NCBI GenBank assembly: GCA_040905565.1
Contig: JBBDRF010000085.1
Location: 1-64,000, forward strand
Reading direction: 5' to 3'
Source: Phycisphaeraceae bacterium
Lineage (GTDB): Bacteria > Planctomycetota > Phycisphaerae > Phycisphaerales > Zrk34
Length of the DNA: 64,000 bases
Every line of letters starts with the position of its first letter. Position 1 is the first letter of the stretch. Both the position numbers and the translations under genes were made by a program. The notes beneath the pieces are model-generated. The model had not been told where the DNA came from. It did no database searches and saw only the letters and a program-made list of their open reading frames with translations. This document shows, one piece after another, positions 41,343 to 50,893 of this stretch.

Positions 41343-42674
41343 ATGGCCATCCATCCCCTACCGGTCATTCTGGAAGACGAAGAAGAAGCTCGGCTGATTG
41401 AGAAGCTTGAGCCGCCGAAAACGATTGTGGTGCGCTACGGCTATACAAAAATGGTCGGGGAATTCCCTTACGACGGCGACCAGATCATGGGCTGCGGCTC
41501 GAAGCTGGTGGTCCGCACGCCTCGGGGCATCGAACTGGGCGAGATGCTGACGACCACCTGCTCGAACGCGGGCTGCGGCAAGAGCATTTCGCGGAAGCAG
41601 ATGCTCGAATACATCGACAACTCAGGCGGCAAACAGTACCCGTTCACGACCGACGGCAAGGTGATGCGGATCGCCACGGCTGAGGACATGAGCGAGGGCA
41701 GCCGCATTGACGCGGACAAGCCGAAGCACATCAAGGCGGCGAAGCAGGCGATCATCGATTTTGATCTGCCGATGAAGCTGATCGAGGTTGAGGAGATGTT
41801 CAGCCGCGACCGGATCGTCTTCTACTTCACGTCGGAGGATCGGATCGATTTCCGGGAGCTGGTGCGCCGACTGGCGGCTGAACTGCGGGTGCGGATCGAG
41901 ATGCGGCAGGTCGGCGCGCGGGATGAAGCCAGGCTGACCGCTGACTACGAACGCTGCGGCCAGCACTGCTGCTGTAAGCAGTTTCTCAAGGTGCTCAAGC
42001 CCGTTTCGATGCGGTCTGCGAAGGTGCAGAAGGCGACGCTGGATCCGGCGAAAATCTCCGGGCGGTGCGGCCGTTTGATGTGTTGCCTGCGGTATGAAGA
42101 TGAGACGTATGAGGATCTGCGGCGACGGCTGCCTCATCGCAACTCGCGTGTCTCGACCGACGAAGGCACGGGCACGGTGGTGAACACGCAGATTCTGACG
42201 CAGCTGGTGCTGGTGGAGTTGGATCACAATCGGCAGCGGTTCGCGTTTCCGGTGGAGAACATCGAGAAGCTGACAGGCGAAGCGGCGAAGCGGCCCACGC
42301 CTCCGCCGGCTGTGTTCAACAAGGGGCGTGGCAAGGGCAACGGGGGATCGGGCAACGGGGAGGCGGGCGACGCTGGGAAGAAAGGTGGCGAGGCCGTGCG
42401 GAGCGAGCCGCGGAGGCCGAAGCCCGGCAAGCCGTTGCGCGAGGAAGAGATCGAATCGCGCGAAGGCAAGCAGGCGGTCGACGTTGCCGAGCCTGAGGCC
42501 AAGCCGGCGACCAAGCCGAAGCCTGAAGCTCCGAAGGCTGAGGGTGAAACGGGTAGCGGGGATCAGGAACAGCCTCGCCGACGGAGGCGTCGGCGTCGGC
42601 GACGTGGCGGAAAAGGGCGCGGGACCGGTGGCTCTGGCGGCGGCGGTGACGCAGGGGGTGGCGGTGGTGGATGA
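41343..42674 (+). CDS. ricT: PSP1/RicT (YaaT) family Fe-S protein with low-complexity C-tail
   Basis: RIDFRELVR, RIEMRQVGARDEA, CGQHCCC, KISGRCGRLMCCLRYE; follows holB. Confidence 0.88.
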   Translation: MAIHPLPVILEDEEEARLIEKLEPPKTIVVRYGYTKMVGEFPYDGDQIMGCGSKLVVRTPRGIELGEMLTTTCSNAGCGKSISRKQMLEYIDNSGGKQYPFTTDGKVMRIATAEDMSEGSRIDADKPKHIKAAKQAIIDFDLPMKLIEVEEMFSRDRIVFYFTSEDRIDFRELVRRLAAELRVRIEMRQVGARDEARLTADYERCGQHCCCKQFLKVLKPVSMRSAKVQKATLDPAKISGRCGRLMCCLRYEDETYEDLRRRLPHRNSRVSTDEGTGTVVNTQILTQLVLVELDHNRQRFAFPVENIEKLTGEAAKRPTPPPAVFNKGRGKGNGGSGNGEAGDAGKKGGEAVRSEPRRPKPGKPLREEEIESREGKQAVDVAEPEAKPATKPKPEAPKAEGETGSGDQEQPRRRRRRRRRRGGKGRGTGGSGGGGDAGGGGGG

Positions 42675-42874
42675 ACGATGCTCCGACGGCAAGCTGCGAT
42701 CGCCCGCTAACGAAGGGGTGTCATGGTGGTGGCACGCTTTGGGTGTAGTGGGCGGTGTCGGTGGGCCGATGATGGTGTCGTCGGCACATCCTATTTGAGC
42801 TCTTCCGGGGCAATGTGGTCATCGCCGCCTAATCGGCCCTCGCTGTCATGGCGATGACGAAGCCCCGAAATTCG

Positions 42875-42908
42875 CGGGCAGGAACCAAGACGTTCCTGCC
42901 CGTTTTTT
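42875..42908 (+). terminator. Intrinsic terminator
   Basis: cgggcaggaac-N6-gttcctgcccg then T6. Confidence 0.8.
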
Positions 42909-42938
42909 CGTGTCTTCCTGAACAGCGGCAACGCGGGT

Positions 42939-45900
42939 CTATTCGTTGGCGGTGCGCGGGTCGATACCACGTTCGCGGAGATCGCGATGGGCCAGCGTCT
43001 GGTTGTACAGCACCAGGTCGTAAGGGTCGGCGGCTCGGCGTAGGCGGGTTTCGGCTGCTGCGTCCTCGCCGGCCATCTCCAGCAGGCGAGCGAAAAGGTA
43101 GTCGGCGTTCGCCTGCCGTTGCTCGGAAAGCTCGGCGATTTGTGCATCGAGATCGTCGAGCAGGTCGTGCGTCACGTCTGCCTCGCCACGGATCGTCGGC
43201 GTGAGCGCGCGGCTGATCTCGATCAGCACGGGCCGATCCTCAAGCGGCTGCCCGGCGTTGGCAAGATCCATGCGGTTGACAAGATTGAGGTAGTGATTGC
43301 GAAGCGGCTCGTCGTCCCTCTGATCAGCCAGGATCGCCAGGTGGAGCGCCGGCCACGGGTCGTGCTGGATCTCGAGGGTCTGCCGGAACATGGCGAATGC
43401 CTCGTCGTACTCCTCTTCCAAAAGATAGAAGACGGCGCGGCGGGTTGCTTCCCCGGCCCCGAGCCGGTCGGCTTCGCCATCCTGCCGAGCCATCTCTTCG
43501 CGATAGAGTTGAGCGGCGGCGACACGGTCGCCCTCGCCGGTGCGCCGGCACCACAGATACCATTCGACGCGCTGGTTGTCGTAGCGCAGGGCGGTGCTGC
43601 GTCGTAGGCGCTCGGCTGGCCCGAAATTCCCGAGCGCTTCATGGACCTGCGACGCAATGCGCATCCCCCAGGCCGACCCCGTCTGTGCCGCACGCTCCGC
43701 GTAGGGAAGCGCCTCCTCCGCACGGCCGGTGACGAGCAGGCGCTCGGCGATGTCTTTGGCGATCGCGGCGTGGCTGAGGCCCGTATCCTTACCTTCGGCG
43801 ATGAACTGCTCGAGCGTGCGCAGCCACTTCTCCTCGTCGCCTTCAGCAAGGTAGATGTCGGCGAGTTGCTGGTAATAGCGGCGGGCGGCGGTGAGGCTGA
43901 TCAACCGTTCAAGCAGCGGCTTCGCCTCTTCCGTGCGGCCGTCGCGCACGTAGCCGGCGGTCAGTCGCGACAGGAATTCTGCGTCGTCACCGAAGCGCTC
44001 GATCATTTCCGGCAGCTCGTCTTGAACATCATCCCAGTCCAGGTCGAGCCGCGCGGCGGCGGCGATCGGCGAATGCGGACTCACCCCAAGCAGCCACCCC
44101 AGGTGCCGCCGACGCCAGCTCTCAGCCGCGTCGGGAAACCACACGAGCATACGGCTGAGATCGTGCGCGTTGCGGCCGCCGTTTTTCAGCGTACGCGCCC
44201 AGTGCGAGCCCTGCCCGTCCCACGACCAGTGGGTGTTGCTGAATAGCTTCGCGTGCGAAAGGTTCACGTCGACAAACTCCATCCTCTCGATGACTGCGTC
44301 GATACGATCCGGCTGGTGCTTCGGGTCGAGCGCGAAGACCTCGATGTACGGCCCATAGCGATGGCCTTCCACGCTGGGCAGGGCTTCGGCGACGAATCGA
44401 TCGGTATCAACTGAGAGCATGAACTTGAGGAAGACGCCCACCGTGAACACGTGGTGATAGTGTGTCTGGTCGACCAGTTGCCCCAGCAGCGCGAGCGACG
44501 GCTCATGCACGTCCTCGGCGGGATCGCCCAAGTCGGTCAACATACGCCTGAGCTGAGGCATCCGCCGGGAGGGCCAACCGTCCGCAGCGATCTGCCGCGC
44601 CTCCGCATGCACATTTTCCGGCAGATCGTTGATTCGCCCGAGAATGGCCGGCAGATTCTCCTGCAGGATTTGAGGACCGCGTTGGGCGTGGCGGTGCATG
44701 TTCGACACGCCCTCCTGCTCGGTGATGCCGGCAGTGATGCGTAGCGATCGAGGCAGCAGTTCCAGCGCGTGCTCGCCAGCGGCGACGATCGACGCGCTGT
44801 TGTTATGGGCCTGCCGTCGCTCTTGGAGCAGGAAGTGCAGGTACCGCGCCCGGGCGGCCTCGCCATCACGACCGGCGCCGCGAGCCTTGAGCGCCGACGT
44901 CCGATGGTTCACAAAGTCGTCCATCAAACTCACCCATACCGGTGGCTCCGCCTCGCCGGCGTCCGTCGGTTCCTGCGCCCGCTCAAGGTCGGCCTTGGCT
45001 GCGTAGTTCAGCCCCGACATGGCGAAAGCGTAGCCCCGCGCCCAGTGCGATTGCGGCTGCGGATCGTGCGTCGCCACCAGCCGCTGCGCGTAGAGAAGCG
45101 AACGAGCGTAGAACACGAATTCACTGGCGGTGTAGTGAAACCGCGCGAGCTGGCCAAGGTCTACGTAGGCTCGACTCAACGCTGTCAGCCGATCCGGCGA
45201 CTCGCCCTCTTCCCGGATCTGCCGGTGGAGCCGGCGAAGCAGTTCGTACTGCGCGAATAGATCCGGCTCGCCCAGCTGATCCGCAACGGCGTCGGGAATC
45301 ACGCCGGCAGGGTCACGCTGGGTGGGGCGGCGCTCAAGGCCCAGCGTTTCCAGGAACGCGACGAGGTCCTGCCGCGTCCACTGCTCAACAATCTCCAGCG
45401 TCTCCTGCCAGTCTGGCTCATTGCCGGGCGAAAGCTGCTGCACCGTCGCGCTTAGCCATTCATGCCGCTCCGTGCCGCCGATTTCTGTCACCTCAAGCGT
45501 GACACTGTTGCCCGGCCGTGCGACCTGCACCTGCAGCACGATCCCGGCGTCGGCGTTCTCAGGCATCGGCTCTTCGAGTGCGGCGTCGCGCGTGGCCAGG
45601 CCGAACTCCTCCCGCACCGTCAGCAGAACGGCCTGACGAAGTAACTCGCGTCGAAGCGATGACCCCTCGGGCTGATCCCCACGGTCCAGGTAAACCCACC
45701 GAATATGCGGCCGAGCCTCGGCAACGGCTGTACGAGCCTCCTCCTCAACCACGAGCGCACGCTCGAACAACGCATCCGGTTCGTCCGGATCAATCGACAA
45801 AAACAGGTGACGCACAGCCGAGCCGGGGGCGAGGGCGATGCGATTGGCGCCGTCCGTATCCAGCGGCCCCTCGATATGTCCTTCCTGATCCCCAACACGG

Positions 45901-46505
45901 AGGCGGATCTCGTCGCCCGTCACCTTCAACGCAAACGACACCCACTGATTAAACGGCGGCTTCTCGAATTCGCGAAGTTTCAGGATCCCCCCGACCTCTT
46001 CACCGCCGCCGAGTCGCCGTTTGTTTCGTAGCCATAGCGAATTCGCCTCATAGCGGCGACGATTATCCGGCTCGCGGAGGAAGAACCCGAGGCCGTGGCC
46101 GTAGTCGCCGGGGTATCTCAACTCCTCATAGAGGCCCCCGAGCCTCACCTCGCCGCGGAGCACGAAGTCGTGGCCCTCGGTCTGGCGCAGTTCAATATGG
46201 GTGGGCTTGTTCGTCGAAATCTGGCCGCTGGACGTCACCCGAAGCGCCTCAAGCTGATCCCCGACGTACGCGCTCCCCTCATCGCTAAGCAGATCGACGC
46301 CCTCGGCTGACTTGCCGTCGTCAGCCTGGGCGATGCCGCCGAGTACGACGACGGCCAGACAAATCAGGGATCGGACGAACACGTTGAGTTGGTCAGTAAG
46401 GTACCCGGACATACCACGCCCTTTCGCGTAGTTCATGGAAGCGACGGCAGATAAAAGCCTGTCGCGGACCATGCCTACTCTACGACCGAGCCCGTGGGCG
46501 AGCAA
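42939..46505 (-). CDS. Large secreted protein with N-terminal beta-sandwich-like region and TPR-like helical repeats
   Basis: 1188-aa ORF; signal-like segment LICLAVVVLGGIAQA suggests a later start; repeats such as GRTEEAKPLLERL and GRAEEALPYAERA. Confidence 0.7.
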   Translation of the reverse strand: MLAHGLGRRVGMVRDRLLSAVASMNYAKGRGMSGYLTDQLNVFVRSLICLAVVVLGGIAQADDGKSAEGVDLLSDEGSAYVGDQLEALRVTSSGQISTNKPTHIELRQTEGHDFVLRGEVRLGGLYEELRYPGDYGHGLGFFLREPDNRRRYEANSLWLRNKRRLGGGEEVGGILKLREFEKPPFNQWVSFALKVTGDEIRLRVGDQEGHIEGPLDTDGANRIALAPGSAVRHLFLSIDPDEPDALFERALVVEEEARTAVAEARPHIRWVYLDRGDQPEGSSLRRELLRQAVLLTVREEFGLATRDAALEEPMPENADAGIVLQVQVARPGNSVTLEVTEIGGTERHEWLSATVQQLSPGNEPDWQETLEIVEQWTRQDLVAFLETLGLERRPTQRDPAGVIPDAVADQLGEPDLFAQYELLRRLHRQIREEGESPDRLTALSRAYVDLGQLARFHYTASEFVFYARSLLYAQRLVATHDPQPQSHWARGYAFAMSGLNYAAKADLERAQEPTDAGEAEPPVWVSLMDDFVNHRTSALKARGAGRDGEAARARYLHFLLQERRQAHNNSASIVAAGEHALELLPRSLRITAGITEQEGVSNMHRHAQRGPQILQENLPAILGRINDLPENVHAEARQIAADGWPSRRMPQLRRMLTDLGDPAEDVHEPSLALLGQLVDQTHYHHVFTVGVFLKFMLSVDTDRFVAEALPSVEGHRYGPYIEVFALDPKHQPDRIDAVIERMEFVDVNLSHAKLFSNTHWSWDGQGSHWARTLKNGGRNAHDLSRMLVWFPDAAESWRRRHLGWLLGVSPHSPIAAAARLDLDWDDVQDELPEMIERFGDDAEFLSRLTAGYVRDGRTEEAKPLLERLISLTAARRYYQQLADIYLAEGDEEKWLRTLEQFIAEGKDTGLSHAAIAKDIAERLLVTGRAEEALPYAERAAQTGSAWGMRIASQVHEALGNFGPAERLRRSTALRYDNQRVEWYLWCRRTGEGDRVAAAQLYREEMARQDGEADRLGAGEATRRAVFYLLEEEYDEAFAMFRQTLEIQHDPWPALHLAILADQRDDEPLRNHYLNLVNRMDLANAGQPLEDRPVLIEISRALTPTIRGEADVTHDLLDDLDAQIAELSEQRQANADYLFARLLEMAGEDAAAETRLRRAADPYDLVLYNQTLAHRDLRERGIDPRTANE

Positions 46506-46833
46506 GAATCAGGGACATTCCCTCTCCGCCGCCGGACTTGATATTACAACAGCTTCAAATGCCCATTCACGGCCGCCAAGCTGCGGGGAAGCCTGGGTGA
46601 CAACGTTTTCTTTACCAAGTTGAGTGAGGCGGCCGGTGCTGGCGGTGGCTGGGGCGAGCTTGAGGCGGCTTGGGACGCCGACCGGTTCGAGGCCGCGATG
46701 GTGGCACCGCCGGAGACGAACGATCCCGGCAACGACGACCAGTCGCTGCTCATCGGAGTGCTTGAAGGCGTTTTTCAGCTCGTACAGCCTTCAAGCGGGC
46801 CAGGTGGAGGGCTACCTTCCCCTAGACAAGGGG

Positions 46834-47133
46834 CTAACGGCAGTGATCGCAGAGGTCTTCCTTGCACGCTGTGCACGTCTTGAGGCAGCCGAGGCAGTGC
46901 GTCTGATCGCAGCAATCGCAGCAACCGGTGCACGCGCTGCAGTAATCCTGCTCACAGTTTTCACAGGAGATGCTGTCGTTTTCGTGCATGCGGCGGCCGC
47001 AATCAGAGCAGGGGTCGCCGTACCATTCATCGAGCGACACGTAGGGCGAGCCCGAGTTGTAGGTGGTGAGCACGGAGGCGACGAGCAGGAAGAAATCGCA
47101 GAGCCGGCCGCTCGTCAGAGCTGCGCGAATCGC
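46834..47133 (-). pseudogene. Orphan fragment of a Cys-rich zinc-binding protein
   Basis: AIRAALTSGRLCDFFLLVASVLTTYN...PYVSLDEWYG followed by many CxxC pairs; no start of its own. Confidence 0.55.
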
Positions 47134-47143
47134 GACGCCGGCG

Positions 47144-47281
47144 TCAACGGCCTGCGGCATTGGATGCGGATCACTGCGCGGTGCCTGCAGCGATCCCTGC
47201 CCGTTCTTGATGAACCATTCGTGGATGCTGCGGAGGATCTGCTGCACGCGACGTGGGAAGGCGATGCCCCACGCCCCTCGC
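47144..47281 (+). repeat. Left copy of an unknown gene fragment repeated at 63460..63552
   Basis: 71 nt with 3 mismatches plus 22 nt with 1 mismatch; encodes NGLRHWMRITARCLQRSLPVLDE...GDAPRPS. Confidence 0.85.
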
Positions 47282-47386
47282 CGTACGAGGTGCTGGCCCT
47301 GATGCTGCTGGCCGAGTGCGTCGAGAACGTGCTTGATCAGCCATCGTTCCTCAATTGCGTAGTGGCAGGCCATCTGGTGCACATGT

Positions 47387-48484
47387 TTACTTATGGTGGG
47401 AACCATGCGGGGTTGCTGTGGTGACGAGTTTCTGGAAGAAACGGGCGATATCCGACGGGTCGAGGCTCGCGTCGACGAGTCCATTTTCGGTGACGGCTTT
47501 GGGCATGCCGTAGACGATGCAGGAGTCGGCGTTCTGCGCGATGATTTTCGCCCCCGCCGTGCGAAGATCTCCTGAACCGATAAGCCCGTCTGTCCCCATG
47601 CCGGTAAGCACGACAGCGAGCACGCGCGATCGGAAAGCCTGCGCGGCAGATGCAAAAAGGATGTCGACGCTGGGTTTGTATAGGGCATCGGGCGGATCGT
47701 CGCTGAGCTCGAGCCGCAGCGATCGCCCCGGCGTGGCGTGCAGTCGCGCCTGGTTGCCACCCATCGCGACGTACACGTGGCCGGGCAGCAGGGCCTGATC
47801 GACGTCGGCGTGCTGCACCGTGAGCGGGCATAGCTCGTTGAGTCGTTCGGCGAGTGAGCGGGTGAAAAGACCGGGCATGTGCTGGGCGATCACCACCGGG
47901 ACACGCAACGAAGCGGGGAACTGCTTGAGGATGGTTTCAAGGCATGCCGGCCCACCCGTGCTTGAGCCGATGCAGATCACGTCGACGTCGCGTTCCCGAA
48001 GGACGAAGTCCTTGACATGGGCTTTGAGATGCCGTGCCTGCGTGCCCGCCTGTCGAGGTTTGGCGGCAAGCGCGTGCACGCTTGCGATGAGATCCGACTG
48101 CATCCGCGTGATCGACAGCGAAACTTGAGAGACATCCTTGGCGAGAATATCCGCAGCACCGAGGCTCATCGCACGCAGGGCTGCATGGGAGCCAGCCGTC
48201 GTCAGTGAACTGAGAATGATGACGTTGGTGGGACACTCAGCCATGATGCGCTGCAGGGCGGTCAGCCCATCAACGTTAGGCATCTCCAAGTCGAGTGTGA
48301 TGACATCGGGCTTGAGGGTAAGGGCCTCGTCGAGCGCTTCGGCACCGTCGCGTGCGGTGGCGATGACTTGGATGCGGGGATCGTGCTCGAGCATCTGTGT
48401 GATTGCGCGCCGCATGAATGCTGAGTCGTCGACGACGAGCACGCGGATGACTTGAGCGGGCGGGAGGGAAGGGGCAACGTTCAT
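47387..48484 (-). CDS. cheB: Chemotaxis methylesterase CheB
   Basis: Receiver VVDDSAFMR/TLDLEMP; IGSSTGGP, AQHMP, LTGMGTDG, YGMP. Confidence 0.96.
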   Translation of the reverse strand: MNVAPSLPPAQVIRVLVVDDSAFMRRAITQMLEHDPRIQVIATARDGAEALDEALTLKPDVITLDLEMPNVDGLTALQRIMAECPTNVIILSSLTTAGSHAALRAMSLGAADILAKDVSQVSLSITRMQSDLIASVHALAAKPRQAGTQARHLKAHVKDFVLRERDVDVICIGSSTGGPACLETILKQFPASLRVPVVIAQHMPGLFTRSLAERLNELCPLTVQHADVDQALLPGHVYVAMGGNQARLHATPGRSLRLELSDDPPDALYKPSVDILFASAAQAFRSRVLAVVLTGMGTDGLIGSGDLRTAGAKIIAQNADSCIVYGMPKAVTENGLVDASLDPSDIARFFQKLVTTATPHGSHHK

Positions 48485-48489
48485 GTGAT

Positions 48490-49935
48490 TCAGGCTTTCT
48501 GTAGGCCGCTGACGAGTTCGGCAAGGGGAGCACAGCGGCTGCCGACGTGGCCGACGAGTTCACCAGCCGTGGAACGGGTAATACGGAGGGGGCCGGGCAA
48601 GTCGTTACGTACGCGCACGTTTTCGCTGCCGCAGCTGAAAGTGACGCCGCCGAACAGCTTGCGATGGATGGTGACGTCGACCTGGATCAGCGTGGCGAGT
48701 TGCTGATTGATTCTCGCTTCGCATTCGACGCATTTTTCGATCTGGCCAGGCGCCTGCGCCAGTTCGTACTCGATTTCCATGAGTCGTTCGCGCTGTGCGG
48801 CGGACAGTTCGTTGTGCAGATCAAGTTCCATCTGTTCGTGAAGCAGTTTGCTGCGATGTTCCTCGATCTGCTTGCGCAGAATGCGGGCTCGATCGCGGAC
48901 CTGTTCCTTGCGTGGCATGGAGGCGAGTTGCAAGAAAGTGGGGATGTGGGCAAGGCTGCCAATGGTGGCGACTTGGATGCCGCGAGCAACGACGATCGAG
49001 CCGCCGACGATGGAAGCGCGGGGCCCGGTGATGTTGCCGCCGACGTGAAGGTCGGCGCGAATGCATTCGCGGTCGATGTTTAGGTCGCCGGTGATGCTCC
49101 CGACCACGCTGTCCAGGTAGCGGGTAAACAGCGAGCCGCCGATCTGGAGTCGGCCCTGGTTTCGAGCGGCGATGCCACTGTTGGCCAAGAGGTCCCCGCC
49201 GCAGGTGATGGTGGCCGCTTCGATGAGTTTATTCACGCGGACGCCTGCCGTGGCGTTGACCACGAAGCGATCGCAGACGCTGCCCGCGATGTGGACCTCG
49301 CCATCGAAGTCGATGTTGCCCGTGCTGAAGTCCACGTTGCCCTGAATGTCAAGGCGTGGCGCGATGGTGGCTTTGTCGCGTTGTCGGATGAGTACCCCTG
49401 CGATCTGGGCGATAAGTCGACCCCGGGCGTCGCGCATGATCGAGTCATCGTGGGTGAGCGGCGCGTTGCGCCCTGCGCGAGCGGCGATGGTTCTGCCCGT
49501 CACATCGCGACCGTCGACCCCGTCGGTAGGATCCGTCACCTGCGCCAGCACCTGCCCGGGTTCGACCATAACGTAGGCGCTCCATTGATAGAAGCAGACT
49601 GACTCGTCAGGGCCTGGTTCATTTGTTTCCGACTCCGCTTCATCAACGAGCCATTTGAGCGCGCCGTCTTCGCCGCTGACGGCCTCGACGGCTGTGGCGA
49701 TGGTCAGCGTCACATCCTCCCCGGCCGGCGGGGGATCCTCAGCAAGTCGCCCAATCGCGGCGTCGATCTGGGCAGTGATTTCGACGCCGGCCTCGCTGAG
49801 GATAAGTCGGCAGAAGGCCGGCGTAAGATCGTCGCGCGGAAACGTCCCGGGGATGCGCAGCTCAGCCGTGCGGCGGTTGCTGGTGATTGCTGCACGAACG
49901 GTCAGCGCTTCGTGATTTGTGTCGACGTCAGTCAT
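48490..49935 (-). CDS. FapA/DUF342 family protein
   Basis: GVDGRDVTG, GNVDFSTGNIDFDG, IEAATITCGGD, IVGG. Confidence 0.88.
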   Translation of the reverse strand: MTDVDTNHEALTVRAAITSNRRTAELRIPGTFPRDDLTPAFCRLILSEAGVEITAQIDAAIGRLAEDPPPAGEDVTLTIATAVEAVSGEDGALKWLVDEAESETNEPGPDESVCFYQWSAYVMVEPGQVLAQVTDPTDGVDGRDVTGRTIAARAGRNAPLTHDDSIMRDARGRLIAQIAGVLIRQRDKATIAPRLDIQGNVDFSTGNIDFDGEVHIAGSVCDRFVVNATAGVRVNKLIEAATITCGGDLLANSGIAARNQGRLQIGGSLFTRYLDSVVGSITGDLNIDRECIRADLHVGGNITGPRASIVGGSIVVARGIQVATIGSLAHIPTFLQLASMPRKEQVRDRARILRKQIEEHRSKLLHEQMELDLHNELSAAQRERLMEIEYELAQAPGQIEKCVECEARINQQLATLIQVDVTIHRKLFGGVTFSCGSENVRVRNDLPGPLRITRSTAGELVGHVGSRCAPLAELVSGLQKA

Positions 49936-49947
49936 GATCGGCTCCCT

Positions 49948-50316
49948 TTAAGCCGCGGCACGCTCGAGTGTCTCACGGATCCGTTGCGCGAGGCTCTCGG
50001 CGTTGAAGGGCTTCACGACGTAGTTGTTGACCCCGGCCTTGATGGCTTCGATAACCCGCACCTGCTCGGCTTCGGTGGTAACCATGATGATGGGCGCGGT
50101 GAGGCCGTTGGCCCTGACGCGTTTGACGAAAGTAAGGCCGTCCATATTCGGCATGTTCCAGTCCACGAGCAGAAGCTCAGGCGGCTGGGCACCGACCTTG
50201 CTCAGGGCGTCGAGGCCGTCGTTGGCTTCGGTGATATCGGTGTAGCCGAGCTCGGTGAGAATGCTCTTCTGGATTTTTCGCATGGTGCGGGAATCGTCGA
50301 CAAGGAGAATCTTCAT
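49948..50316 (-). CDS. cheY: Chemotaxis response regulator CheY
   Basis: LVDDSRTMR, VDWNMPNMDG, MVTTE, YVVKPF. Confidence 0.95.
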   Translation of the reverse strand: MKILLVDDSRTMRKIQKSILTELGYTDITEANDGLDALSKVGAQPPELLLVDWNMPNMDGLTFVKRVRANGLTAPIIMVTTEAEQVRVIEAIKAGVNNYVVKPFNAESLAQRIRETLERAAA

Positions 50317-50358
50317 GGTGCTTTCCTGTGAAAATAGAGTGTTGTGCGAAAACGGCCG

Positions 50359-50859
50359 TTATGCCGCGTTTGAAGACTCGGCATTCGCTTTGGTCGTGGT
50401 CTCGGCGGCGACATCACGGAGGGCGACCTCGAGGTAGAACTCACCGCAGTCGCAGGAACACGGGATGATGATGCGGATCATGTTTCGGCTACCGGTGACG
50501 GTGTGTTCGCCCAAGACAACGGAGGGGCAACTGATGCTTACCTGTCTGTCTTTGAATTGCGCTTTCGCGCCGCCGGAGATCATGTTCACCAGCTCGCCGA
50601 CGGCGTCGGGGAGTTCATCGTCGGCCAGTTCGCATCCGGTGAAGAGCGTCACGATGCGTTCAGCGGTGGCGATGGGGAAGCTCAGAACGATTGCGCCCTC
50701 GACGTCGCCGGACATGCCGATGATGCCAGAGACGTCGCAACGTTCCATTTCGGCGTCCTGTTTAAGCGCCGGTTTGCCGACTTCTACGGGAAGCTGAATC
50801 ATGGTTTCAAAAACGCTTGCGACCGAGCGTACGAACGGTGTGATGTAGGAGTTGTCCAT
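50359..50859 (-). CDS. cheX: CheY-P phosphatase CheX
   Basis: VSGIIGMSG, DAVGELVNMISGGAK, ISCPSVV. Confidence 0.93.
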   Translation of the reverse strand: MDNSYITPFVRSVASVFETMIQLPVEVGKPALKQDAEMERCDVSGIIGMSGDVEGAIVLSFPIATAERIVTLFTGCELADDELPDAVGELVNMISGGAKAQFKDRQVSISCPSVVLGEHTVTGSRNMIRIIIPCSCDCGEFYLEVALRDVAAETTTKANAESSNAA

Positions 50860-50893
50860 GGTGTCTCCTTTCGGGAGAGGAAGATAAATCGCG

